From the IMG/VR virus record IMGVR_UViG_3300032038_008756: a DNA stretch of 64,000 nt. One strand, given 5' to 3'. Below, one piece after another: positions 40,708 to 48,903 of this stretch. The notes below the pieces were generated by a model that made no database searches, was not told the origin of the DNA, and saw only the letters and a list, made by a program, of their open reading frames with translations. The DNA is from an uncultured virus (IMG/VR IMGVR_UViG_3300032038_008756). Lineage: Duplodnaviria; Heunggongvirae; Uroviricota; Caudoviricetes. Position 1 is the first letter of the stretch. Each line of letters opens with the position of its first letter. The translations under genes were made by a program, and so were the position numbers.

Positions 40708-42045
40708 ATGAGTAATTATATTAAAAAATTTGATTCAACTACTCAGTATCAAAAATATCGTGATACTGACGGTTGGGAATATCCTGCTATTAATATAGTA
40801 AGTAATGGCATAGAAACACAAACACATTATAATAATGAGCTGAGAATGAGGTGGAGTACTACTGATTCTACTATAGTTCCTACTTTTTCGGGTGAAGTTA
40901 GTTTATCTGATTTTAAAACCTGGGTAGATAATGCCTCTTATCCATGTGAAATTAAAAAAGATGGTACTGATTTTGCTTATATTAAAAGATCAACTGGCTC
41001 TAATGTTGCAGATTGGACTCTTAGAGATGATGATAGTAACAGTCATTATAATACTTCTGATAAAACTGATTATCTCCAAATGACTGAAATAGAGAATATT
41101 AATGTAGGTCTTTTTGAGAATACAGCAGAAGGTTGGCAAGAAGTACGTTTTAATTTTGATAAAGGATGCCCAGAGGGTTTTCATAAGTGGTTTGCTCATC
41201 CATATTGGAACGAAGAGCGTGGATGTTATACAAAACTTATTGGACGATATAATAGTACACCCGCAGGAACAAGTACATCAGATACTGCTGCTGGTATAAA
41301 CTGTGCTTTTGGTCTATCTCTGGGTGGTACTAAGTACGATAATTATACTCTAGGTTTCTGGTCTGCAGATACACTCTTTTACGCTACACAAGCTACCAAT
41401 CTTTTAGAGGAAACTTATTGGGAACATGTAGTACTTTCTTACATATTTAGTGCATATTATGGAACATTTGATCATCAGAGTATATTCCGTGGACATGCTA
41501 CTGATTTCAATACTGCTGAGACTCCTAGCAATCCAACTGGTTCTGGTGCAGGAGCTGGATTAAATGGACATACTGATAGTTTATTAACACCTCACGGGAC
41601 AAAAGTTTCTAAGCCTAGTACTACTAATGGTGGATATAGGTTTATGCATATTGAGAATGCAATTCATGGTCAGCAGTGGATTTGGGGAGCTGGATGGACT
41701 GGAAATGATGGTAAGTATTATATGACCTATGATGATATTACAGCTAATGCCTCTACTACCCTTACTGAGTCCGATGCAGATGTAGTGGGAACTTATCCAA
41801 AAACATCAAGTGGTAACTATTTTGGGAATGCTGATCTCTGGTGTGTTCCAACAAATACAAGCGGTGGTAGTTCCTCTACCCGTTATTGTGACAGTGTTCT
41901 TAGCAGGACAGGGGATGGTCATGTAGCTTATCTTGGTGGTGACGCGCTTAGCGCGAATGGCTGTGGCGGCTTTTCTCGGGACTTCCGCAATGACGCTGCT
42001 CACTCCTACCGGTATCGGCGTGGTCGCCCTACTATGAATAGATGA
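40708..42045 (+). CDS. DGR-type target protein copy 4
   Basis: paralog; VR about 41932-42033. Confidence 0.85.
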   Translation: MSNYIKKFDSTTQYQKYRDTDGWEYPAINIVSNGIETQTHYNNELRMRWSTTDSTIVPTFSGEVSLSDFKTWVDNASYPCEIKKDGTDFAYIKRSTGSNVADWTLRDDDSNSHYNTSDKTDYLQMTEIENINVGLFENTAEGWQEVRFNFDKGCPEGFHKWFAHPYWNEERGCYTKLIGRYNSTPAGTSTSDTAAGINCAFGLSLGGTKYDNYTLGFWSADTLFYATQATNLLEETYWEHVVLSYIFSAYYGTFDHQSIFRGHATDFNTAETPSNPTGSGAGAGLNGHTDSLLTPHGTKVSKPSTTNGGYRFMHIENAIHGQQWIWGAGWTGNDGKYYMTYDDITANASTTLTESDADVVGTYPKTSSGNYFGNADLWCVPTNTSGGSSSTRYCDSVLSRTGDGHVAYLGGDALSANGCGGFSRDFRNDAAHSYRYRRGRPTMNR

Positions 42046-42081
42046 TCCTAGACTTGAAGAGGACAGAAATATATAGGTACG

Positions 42082-42363
42082 ATGAAAACAGCTGGATCAT
42101 CTTTATATAAACCTATAAGGATACATCATTTTGAATTTATCCCTTCTAAGAAATATGAAGGAAAGGAATGTTTGATAGCTCAAACTTCTGTAATAAAGAA
42201 GGATGAAAGAATAGAAAATGTATTACTAGCTACAGAATCATATAAAATAGTGGATACGATAAAAGAATCAATGAAGAATAATGTTAATCTTCCATATGAT
42301 ACTAAGATTATTAGGGGCAGGAAGGGAAATTTTAAACTAGCATCCCTCAGTAATCTAAACTAG
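42082..42363 (+). CDS. probably 5'-truncated small protein resembling those found downstream of RT in Bacteroidetes phage DGRs
   Basis: IRIHHFEFIPSKKY..CL..Q..TESYKIVD..LPYDTKI pattern (recalled resemblance); open frame begins at the repeat breakpoint 42068. Confidence 0.5.
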   Translation: MKTAGSSLYKPIRIHHFEFIPSKKYEGKECLIAQTSVIKKDERIENVLLATESYKIVDTIKESMKNNVNLPYDTKIIRGRKGNFKLASLSNLN

Positions 42364-42439
42364 AATCATTATCAGATCCTACAAAACAGGGAGAGACACC
42401 ATTCGACAACCTTAATAATGAAACTAAAATTAAATAAAT

Positions 42440-43069
42440 ATGGAAAAAGACAATATTTTAGAAAACAGAACTTCACCTGATTATATAATTGAGGATCCTG
42501 CATTTTATGCGGCTGGTATATTAGATATAACTGAATTTCTATTTGTTGAAATGATTGATCTTTTAAAATTAGAAGACCGATGCTTTGGAATAGTAAAGTC
42601 ATATATTCATAGCATACGCGGAGCTTATTTAAAAGTTAATCAACAAGTAGCAGAGGAAGATATTGAAATATATGACAGACTCCTCTTTTTATATAAGCCT
42701 CTTATCATTCGAGAGTTTAAACGATTGAAGAATAAACATCTTAGCCCAGCTGATGCATGTATTACAATTCTTCATCGTTTATTAGAGATTATATCGGACA
42801 TTCCTAATTTTGAATTCAAAGCTGAACATAAGACTATAAAAAAAGTTATTGGAAAGCTTTGGGATAATATTAGAAATAATGCAAAAAAGGACCCTCTTTA
42901 TCACTTCTCAGAACTAATTAGAGATAGTATGAAGGATGGTATTGTTGGTAAGTATCCATTAACTCAAATTAATCTTAAAGATGTAGATAGGGTTAATCCA
43001 GTTTTGAAAAATCCTGGAGAGAGAATGAAAGAAGAAAATAACAAAGTAATGGAAATTAAACTAGTATGA
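42440..43069 (+). CDS. hypothetical protein
   Basis: 209 aa ORF. Confidence 0.75.
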   Translation: MEKDNILENRTSPDYIIEDPAFYAAGILDITEFLFVEMIDLLKLEDRCFGIVKSYIHSIRGAYLKVNQQVAEEDIEIYDRLLFLYKPLIIREFKRLKNKHLSPADACITILHRLLEIISDIPNFEFKAEHKTIKKVIGKLWDNIRNNAKKDPLYHFSELIRDSMKDGIVGKYPLTQINLKDVDRVNPVLKNPGERMKEENNKVMEIKLV

Positions 43070-43263
43070 TTAGAAAATCTTTGCAAGCACTAATCATTGG
43101 GGATAATGATCTTGAATGTAAGTGTAAAAAAGAAAATCTAAGTCTAGAGGACTTAAACCTGACTCACGTTGGGTTTATTTCTTCCGACTTAGAAAAATAT
43201 GATTTAGTTATTTATAAAGGATCTAAAGGAACTAAAATTTTGAAAATAAAAAACCTAGAATAG
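43066..43263 (+). CDS. hypothetical protein
   Basis: coupled ORF ending in a terminator hairpin. Confidence 0.6.
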   Translation: MIRKSLQALIIGDNDLECKCKKENLSLEDLNLTHVGFISSDLEKYDLVIYKGSKGTKILKIKNLE

Positions 43264-43306
43264 TAATCACTACTACGCTAGGTTCTTTTTTTATTGCTCC
43301 TTTTTA

Positions 43307-44302
43307 TTAATACTCAATCAGACAGGACTTAATTCTAAATCTGTCCTCTGAAATATCCTCAGCTTCCCAAACTTCTACATCTGGCTCAATGTCCTTATAA
43401 AACATGATCTGATCGTATTGGAAAATATTTCCTTGTTTGCCTTCGACCTCAAATTCATTAATGAGATATAACAAACATTGTTCCGCCGACTTGATATTAA
43501 TACCAGTTGCGTCTATGCCAAAAGATGTCTGAATACGGAAAGATATTTTCCACATTAACATGATATCTTCAATCTTGACATTTATTTTTCCATCAATTTC
43601 AGAACTTGTGTTTATCATCGGAATTACATTTCCGTTTTCATTCAGCTCTCTTCTAAAATCAGCTACGCATCTAGTTAATACCCAGTTATCCTTTTCTTCT
43701 ATCAACCTGCCAGTTTCCTCATCTTTACGACGATACTGGTTGATGATATTACGTGGGACTTTTCCTAACATAAAATGTCTTTCATGTTTTGGATCATCGT
43801 CGTATTCGTAACTTACTACAAAATATGCCTCTAATACACCAAAAGGCTTTTTTGAAAACTTTACATAAGAACTCCACATATGTTCTGTGGCATTCTTTAA
43901 AGAATTTATAAAGTCTCCAATTCGTGGTGCATTATAGTTTCCTCTACTAAAAGCGGGCAACTCTAGAAATATTTCCAGATCCTTGATGTTCTGTCTTACA
44001 TGAACTAGATGAGAGTCTTTTGCTAATGCCTTGTCCAGGTTAAGCCTGTCACATTCCAATTTAGGGTTAGTTCTGAGTGCAGTAAGCAAATCAATGACAA
44101 AATCGCCAGAACCAGAGTTAATCACTGGTTGTCCAGGAACTAAATCCTCCGTGATGCCCTGACGTTCTTTCTCTTCTTCTAATTTTTCCTCTTGTTCATC
44201 AATACGTTTCATTTGTTTATCGAAACTTTTTTTGATGACCCATGCTGCGAGTATACCACCACCTATGACGGCAATACCCTCAAAAATTGTTTTTAGCTTC
44301 AT
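43307..44302 (-). CDS. membrane-anchored hypothetical protein
   Basis: N-terminal IAVIGGGILAAWVI followed by a coiled coil. Confidence 0.75.
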   Translation of the reverse strand: MKLKTIFEGIAVIGGGILAAWVIKKSFDKQMKRIDEQEEKLEEEKERQGITEDLVPGQPVINSGSGDFVIDLLTALRTNPKLECDRLNLDKALAKDSHLVHVRQNIKDLEIFLELPAFSRGNYNAPRIGDFINSLKNATEHMWSSYVKFSKKPFGVLEAYFVVSYEYDDDPKHERHFMLGKVPRNIINQYRRKDEETGRLIEEKDNWVLTRCVADFRRELNENGNVIPMINTSSEIDGKINVKIEDIMLMWKISFRIQTSFGIDATGINIKSAEQCLLYLINEFEVEGKQGNIFQYDQIMFYKDIEPDVEVWEAEDISEDRFRIKSCLIEY

Positions 44303-44367
44303 TTTGTCAAATTCAGAAATTCGTTAATATTTATTCTATTTGTTTAAAGTCAAATGCGCACCAACTC

Positions 44368-44637
44368 TTAGTGCCCATTTCGACCGAAGTTATTATTGAA
44401 GGGTCGACCACCACGTCCTCCATTTCCTCTCCTATCTTCAGAGGTAGGTTCTCCACGAAGAGCGGCAGTAAAGTTGTCCCAACAATTTTTTACCACTAAT
44501 ATTCCAGCGAAGCCCATACCAATTGTAATTACTGGTTTCATAAATGCTTGCTGAAACTGACTACATCTACTGTGGGGATTTTTTACTTCATTTGATTTTT
44601 TGAATAATCCCGACAAATCGCTTAATTTAATGTCCAT
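44368..44637 (-). CDS. small membrane protein
   Basis: one hydrophobic helix, Gly/Asn/Arg-rich tail. Confidence 0.6.
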   Translation of the reverse strand: MDIKLSDLSGLFKKSNEVKNPHSRCSQFQQAFMKPVITIGMGFAGILVVKNCWDNFTAALRGEPTSEDRRGNGGRGGRPFNNNFGRNGH

Positions 44638-44830
44638 GTTTAATATCTCGTTTTAATTTTCCAATTTTTTTATCATTATGCCCGACCCACGGACAGATAA
44701 TCCAGCCCAGGAGAATTAATCCCGAACCAGCTACTACTAATTTTAATCCCAGTGAGCCGAACGTATTTGATGTTGCAAAAAGTTTTTTATTAAACTTTTC
44801 TAATCTTTTTAATTCCTTTTCTGTATTCAT
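44627..44830 (-). CDS. small membrane protein
   Basis: hydrophobic helix LVVAGSGLILLGWII. Confidence 0.6.
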   Translation of the reverse strand: MNTEKELKRLEKFNKKLFATSNTFGSLGLKLVVAGSGLILLGWIICPWVGHNDKKIGKLKRDIKHGH

Positions 44831-45123
44831 ATTTCTATTCTGTTATTTTTATTTGTTTCAATTATAAGGTTTTTAATACTATTCAACGCTGTTGGCTTAA
44901 TATGCTATTTATAGATGCCAACACATCTTTTAAGACCGTTACGTTACTAAAAGAAGTAATAGGGGAGATCTACTTGACTTTTCGAGACCTCCACCTATCA
45001 CCATGAAGCTAAATTTACGGTCTTGTTTTTACATTCTTCTTTTTCTTCATAACCTGAATAATAAAAAAGGTATAGAGTACTTTCGATACCCTACACCTCT
45101 TGGACAGCGGAATTCTGAATTTG

Positions 45124-45291
45124 CTATTCTGTTGGGCTCTCGAACCCATCAGTGTTATCCTTCTTGCCGTATTTCTCTTTGGCCTCATCATACTTTGTGG
45201 CTACCCACTGAGCTGCCTGATTACCATACTTAGTTCCTACGACTGCGCCAGCTACAAATGCCAGCACTCCGGTTATAATTGTCTTTTTCAT
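45124..45291 (-). CDS. small membrane protein
   Basis: probable start MKKTIITGVLAFVAGAVVG. Confidence 0.6.
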   Translation of the reverse strand: MKKTIITGVLAFVAGAVVGTKYGNQAAQWVATKYDEAKEKYGKKDNTDGFESPTE

Positions 45292-45307
45292 ATTCGTTGT
45301 CCTTTCT

Positions 45308-45622
45308 TTAATGTTTGTTGTTGAACTTTGGATTCGGACGGTGGTTCCATCCATTTCCGTTGTTGTTGCTACGCACTTCGCTGTTTGCGTTTGTAGCTTC
45401 TGAGAAATCTGCATCTACCTCTACCTCACAGGGCTCAGCAGTCTTCTTCTTGAACAGGCCTCCACAGAAACCTGCCAACTTGTTCCAACTTGTCTTTACG
45501 ACGTTCTTAGTCTCTTCCGGCTTTGCGATTGCGATGCCGACTACTACACCTGCTCCAACGAGCACTGCAGTCTTAAGTGCCTTCTTAAGGCCACTTTTTT
45601 TCTTGTTTTCTTCTTGTGCCAT
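45308..45622 (-). CDS. small membrane protein
   Basis: AVLVGAGVVVGIAIA helix, Asn-rich tail. Confidence 0.7.
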   Translation of the reverse strand: MAQEENKKKSGLKKALKTAVLVGAGVVVGIAIAKPEETKNVVKTSWNKLAGFCGGLFKKKTAEPCEVEVDADFSEATNANSEVRSNNNGNGWNHRPNPKFNNKH

Positions 45623-45845
45623 AATTTAGCTTTTAAAATGTTAATAAAATTTTTCTGTTATTCATTTTGTTTCTATTGAAAAAGTTGTTTGAATAATTTC
45701 TTATTCATTCTACATATATAAGGCTTTGACCACTTTTTTGAGCGGTCAAGAAAACAGGAGACTCTTCAACACTAAAACTAGTATAAAATACCTGTTTGAA
45801 TGTCAAAGAATCTCTATTTTCATATATAAGAGTTTGAGACCTTTT

Positions 45846-46346
45846 CTAACCGATAATAAATTTATCCCCGTCTAACCACATATTTCTGTAATAATTTTTA
45901 CGTAGCTCTCTAATAGCTTGTTTAAACTCTTGTAACCTATCTATAGATAACGTAAGTTTAAGTGCTAAACCACTCTTAGAAACTAAGTATTCCCTTAGAT
46001 CTTTTCTTGGAGTTGATATTGAGAACCAATTTCTATTTAATGGGGTATATAAATCCTGTGCTTCCGCTGAATTAAGATCTATAGTACAACCACTACACTC
46101 TCTTGACGGAAATCCTAAAACCCCTAATAAAGCTTTTACTTCTTGCTGAGCCTCTCTGCTCCTAACTGATATAATATATTTGCAAAGGTTCACATTATGT
46201 GAATTTTCTATAGCCCTAAATTCATCCTCTTCTAGGTTAGTGTCTTCGTAATTTAAATTTGGATATACGGTTATAATACTAAATTCTTCTTGTTCTCCAG
46301 CCTTGATTTCATCAAGATACAAATAATTCTTAATTTTTTCAATCAT
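45846..46346 (-). CDS. hypothetical protein
   Basis: ATG 2 nt after CCTTATATTTG. Confidence 0.7.
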   Translation of the reverse strand: MIEKIKNYLYLDEIKAGEQEEFSIITVYPNLNYEDTNLEEDEFRAIENSHNVNLCKYIISVRSREAQQEVKALLGVLGFPSRECSGCTIDLNSAEAQDLYTPLNRNWFSISTPRKDLREYLVSKSGLALKLTLSIDRLQEFKQAIRELRKNYYRNMWLDGDKFIIG

Positions 46347-46360
46347 AACAAATATAAGGA

Positions 46361-46738
46361 TTATAGTCTAGTTGAAGTAAACACAAAATTATATAATGGT
46401 TCAGGATCTAATTTAGATTTAATAAAATTAATTTTATTCTCTAGATTCGTAATTTTAATGCCACGACGAATTTCTTCAAGAATACACCTTAACTCATTAA
46501 GCTGATCTTCCTCGGTAGTAATCTTTCCAAAAGTATTCTTAATAATAGAATCTACCTCTTCTTTAGTAAGATTAAGAACTTCTTTGGCGAGATCTAATTC
46601 AGTAAAGAAATTTATAATACTACTACACTTGGACACGATCAACTTAAGAGAATTTTTCTGATATGATTCGGTTTTTAGTGGCTCTAACTCTTTTTCAAGT
46701 CTTCTTAAACTATCTACTATTATATTTTTATCTTCCAT
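46361..46738 (-). CDS. hypothetical protein
   Basis: ATG 2 nt after CCTTATATTTG. Confidence 0.7.
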   Translation of the reverse strand: MEDKNIIVDSLRRLEKELEPLKTESYQKNSLKLIVSKCSSIINFFTELDLAKEVLNLTKEEVDSIIKNTFGKITTEEDQLNELRCILEEIRRGIKITNLENKINFIKSKLDPEPLYNFVFTSTRL

Positions 46739-46758
46739 AACAAATATAAGGAAGAGAC

Positions 46759-47088
46759 CTAACTCCTCACATAGAGTAAATTAAATCCCTTCAAATATAT
46801 ACTAACTTCAATAGATTGAATTCGATTTCCCTCTAAGTCAATATAATTGTCAATATTAACACCAACCATTTTATTTTTAGTTGTAAGAAAACGAAGAGCA
46901 ATCTCTAAATACGATCTTATTTCCTCAGAATGACTCCCAACAATCCTATCAAGTAAAGTATCAGTGTTGTTAATTTTTATGCCACTTTGATGACTAAGAA
47001 CTTTCTTGAAATAAGAGTAAAGAACTCTTTCATGAGATCGTCTACAACTCCTCCTCAATTTCATCAATTTCTTCTTCGATATAATCAT
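46759..47088 (-). CDS. hypothetical basic protein
   Basis: 109 aa ORF. Confidence 0.55.
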   Translation of the reverse strand: MIISKKKLMKLRRSCRRSHERVLYSYFKKVLSHQSGIKINNTDTLLDRIVGSHSEEIRSYLEIALRFLTTKNKMVGVNIDNYIDLEGNRIQSIEVSIYLKGFNLLYVRS

Positions 47089-47368
47089 AACATATTATAT
47101 TTTCGTCCTCATCATAAAACATTACTTCATTTCCATTCTCTAGTATGTCGTAAATTGTTTGTATAGCTGAAGGTTCAAGATCCTCTTCCTTAAGAATCCG
47201 TATATTATCCATTCCCTTGCCACACTTAAAATAAACTCCATTTTCTTCTAGACGAACGTTAAATATATCCTCATTAGTACCATTCTTTAAAGGAACAATA
47301 CATTCATCTAGGATATAAGCCTCTTTACTTTCAATAGACTCTAAAAACTCTTTAATTCTTTTTGACAT
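47042..47368 (-). CDS. hypothetical acidic protein
   Basis: 108 aa ORF. Confidence 0.6.
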   Translation of the reverse strand: MSKRIKEFLESIESKEAYILDECIVPLKNGTNEDIFNVRLEENGVYFKCGKGMDNIRILKEEDLEPSAIQTIYDILENGNEVMFYDEDENIICYDYIEEEIDEIEEEL

Positions 47369-47585
47369 AAAAGTGATTTATAACTTTTTCTGATATTTCC
47401 TTCATAAAATCAATTCTAGTAGTACTATCCCACATTGTCCACTTATCTTGTAAGAATTTTACAATGGACCACATCGCTCTAGTCTCTATAATCTGCTTTA
47501 AGTTTCCAGAATCAGATAAAATATCCTTTTGGACATCTTCTTGTATATCTGAAACTACGTAGTTAAATACATCTTCTTTTTTTCA

Positions 47586-48263
47586 TTATTCTAGTTCTTT
47601 CCACTTTTCTTCTGGATAAGTATTATGTAACTTATCTAACCACCACTTCGTCTTTATTTTTACCTTTGGCATTCTCTGACCCTTCATTAATGTTGAACGT
47701 CTTGCTACAACTCCTTCTTTTACCTCAGGATATTTACACTCAAGTTTGGTCCAATCATTTTCTTGAATTTCTTTTATAAAATCTTGATTTAAAGGACCAC
47801 GATAAATTAAAGTTGGAGTCGGAATTCTAGGGTCTTTACAAAAGAGATCATAAAATGGTTGTGGCTCAATATATCCTTTCTTCTGCATAAAAAGATCAAT
47901 AAGAGCCAAAGTCATCTCATCTCCCTCTTGATGAAATCCAGCAAAAGAATTTGGACCATACCATTCAAAGAAAAAATCAATCTCCTTTACTCCATTAAAT
48001 AATCGATGCTTACCTCTATTTTGAGCAATAATTTCTTTCAAAGGATCTTCTAGATAAGTCTTAAAATATTGAACAGCAGAGCCAAAAACTTCACTAGTTT
48101 CATCTACTAAGCACTTTCTGCTATGAAAACCAGAGAATACTTTTTGATTAGGGTTATACTTTACTCCAAAATTCTGTCCATCTAATTTATTAAAAGCCCA
48201 GACCTGTTCCCCTAAAAGAGTACCATTATCCTGGATTCTTATTATACTATCATACTTTCTCAT
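47586..48263 (-). CDS. ATP-dependent RNA ligase-like nucleotidyltransferase
   Basis: NKLDGQN, FEWYG, LIDL, EGVVAR, VKIKT. Confidence 0.8.
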   Translation of the reverse strand: MRKYDSIIRIQDNGTLLGEQVWAFNKLDGQNFGVKYNPNQKVFSGFHSRKCLVDETSEVFGSAVQYFKTYLEDPLKEIIAQNRGKHRLFNGVKEIDFFFEWYGPNSFAGFHQEGDEMTLALIDLFMQKKGYIEPQPFYDLFCKDPRIPTPTLIYRGPLNQDFIKEIQENDWTKLECKYPEVKEGVVARRSTLMKGQRMPKVKIKTKWWLDKLHNTYPEEKWKELE

Positions 48264-48540
48264 CCTTTTTCCAAGATATTATAATTGTATCAGAATTATT
48301 ATCCTTTTTAATTATATAACCAAGATTCTTTAGCCTATCTTGAAGTTCTATATAAGAACATAAATAGTGGTAAGCTCGATTATCATTAAAATCGGAGATA
48401 AAAATACTAGTTTCACCTACTTCAATAGCTTTAGAAATCTTTTCCTTAACTAAATCCTCAGCTATTTTTCTCTGTGATTGTATACTGAGATCAAAAGCTT
48501 TATCTGCAGATATTATTTCATCCATAATTTCTTCTTTCAT
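48250..48540 (-). CDS. hypothetical protein
   Basis: ATG 1 nt after CCTTAAAAATG. Confidence 0.65.
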   Translation of the reverse strand: MKEEIMDEIISADKAFDLSIQSQRKIAEDLVKEKISKAIEVGETSIFISDFNDNRAYHYLCSYIELQDRLKNLGYIIKKDNNSDTIIISWKKDEKV

Positions 48541-48720
48541 ACATTTTTAAGGATTTCATTGAGAGGACCTGAAGTGCAAGGGTAAAATTTTCCTATTTTT
48601 TCGCGCCTAGGTGACCTCTGAGTTTAGATTCCACCCCTAATACGACCTCAACAAACTCGGTCGTTGTCGGGGTTTCATCTTTAATTAAGCTCTTGTATAA
48701 GACCTAGGAGTAAATTGTGA

Positions 48721-48757
48721 TATTGACCGAACGAAACGAAGTGAAGTGAGGGAATAA
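48721..48757 (+). repeat. 37-bp motif upstream of helicase paralog B
   Basis: tattgaccgaacgaaacgaagtgaagtgagggaataa, 34/37 match to the reverse complement of 17335-17371. Confidence 0.85.
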
Positions 48758-48903
48758 GATTTTCCTATTTTCCTATTTTCTAACACTTATATTAGTAAAA
48801 ACCCAAAATTTGCGCAACTTTTAGGAAAATTTTGCTCTTATTTTCATCTATAAGCCTTATAAAAGAAGGGTAAACCTAGGCTAAAATTTAAAAGAAATAT
48901 AAC

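Larger units (their letters stand above)
35523..42068 (+). repeat. tandem array of four diverged DGR target units
   Basis: cccttacacatcaacaagtggatgctc at 35523, 37347 and 40632; shared downstream gatcct(a/g)gacttgaagaggacagaa after all four genes. Confidence 0.95.

Noticed and set aside
35877..42003. Repeated antisense and alternate-frame ORFs within the target genes
   Set aside because: They are shadows of the duplicated coding sequence and recur only because the genes are repeated
35523..42068. CRISPR array or invertible shufflon
   Set aside because: Repeats are whole-gene direct duplications; there is no short repeat-spacer periodicity, inverted crossover sites or recombinase
44880..45060. 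Possible tRNA in an intergenic gap
   Set aside because: No cloverleaf or T-loop consensus found on either strand
45310..45375. AAC-rich stretch as template for the 24703 variable region
   Set aside because: It encodes the Asn-rich tail of ORF 45308-45622 and does not align with the VR
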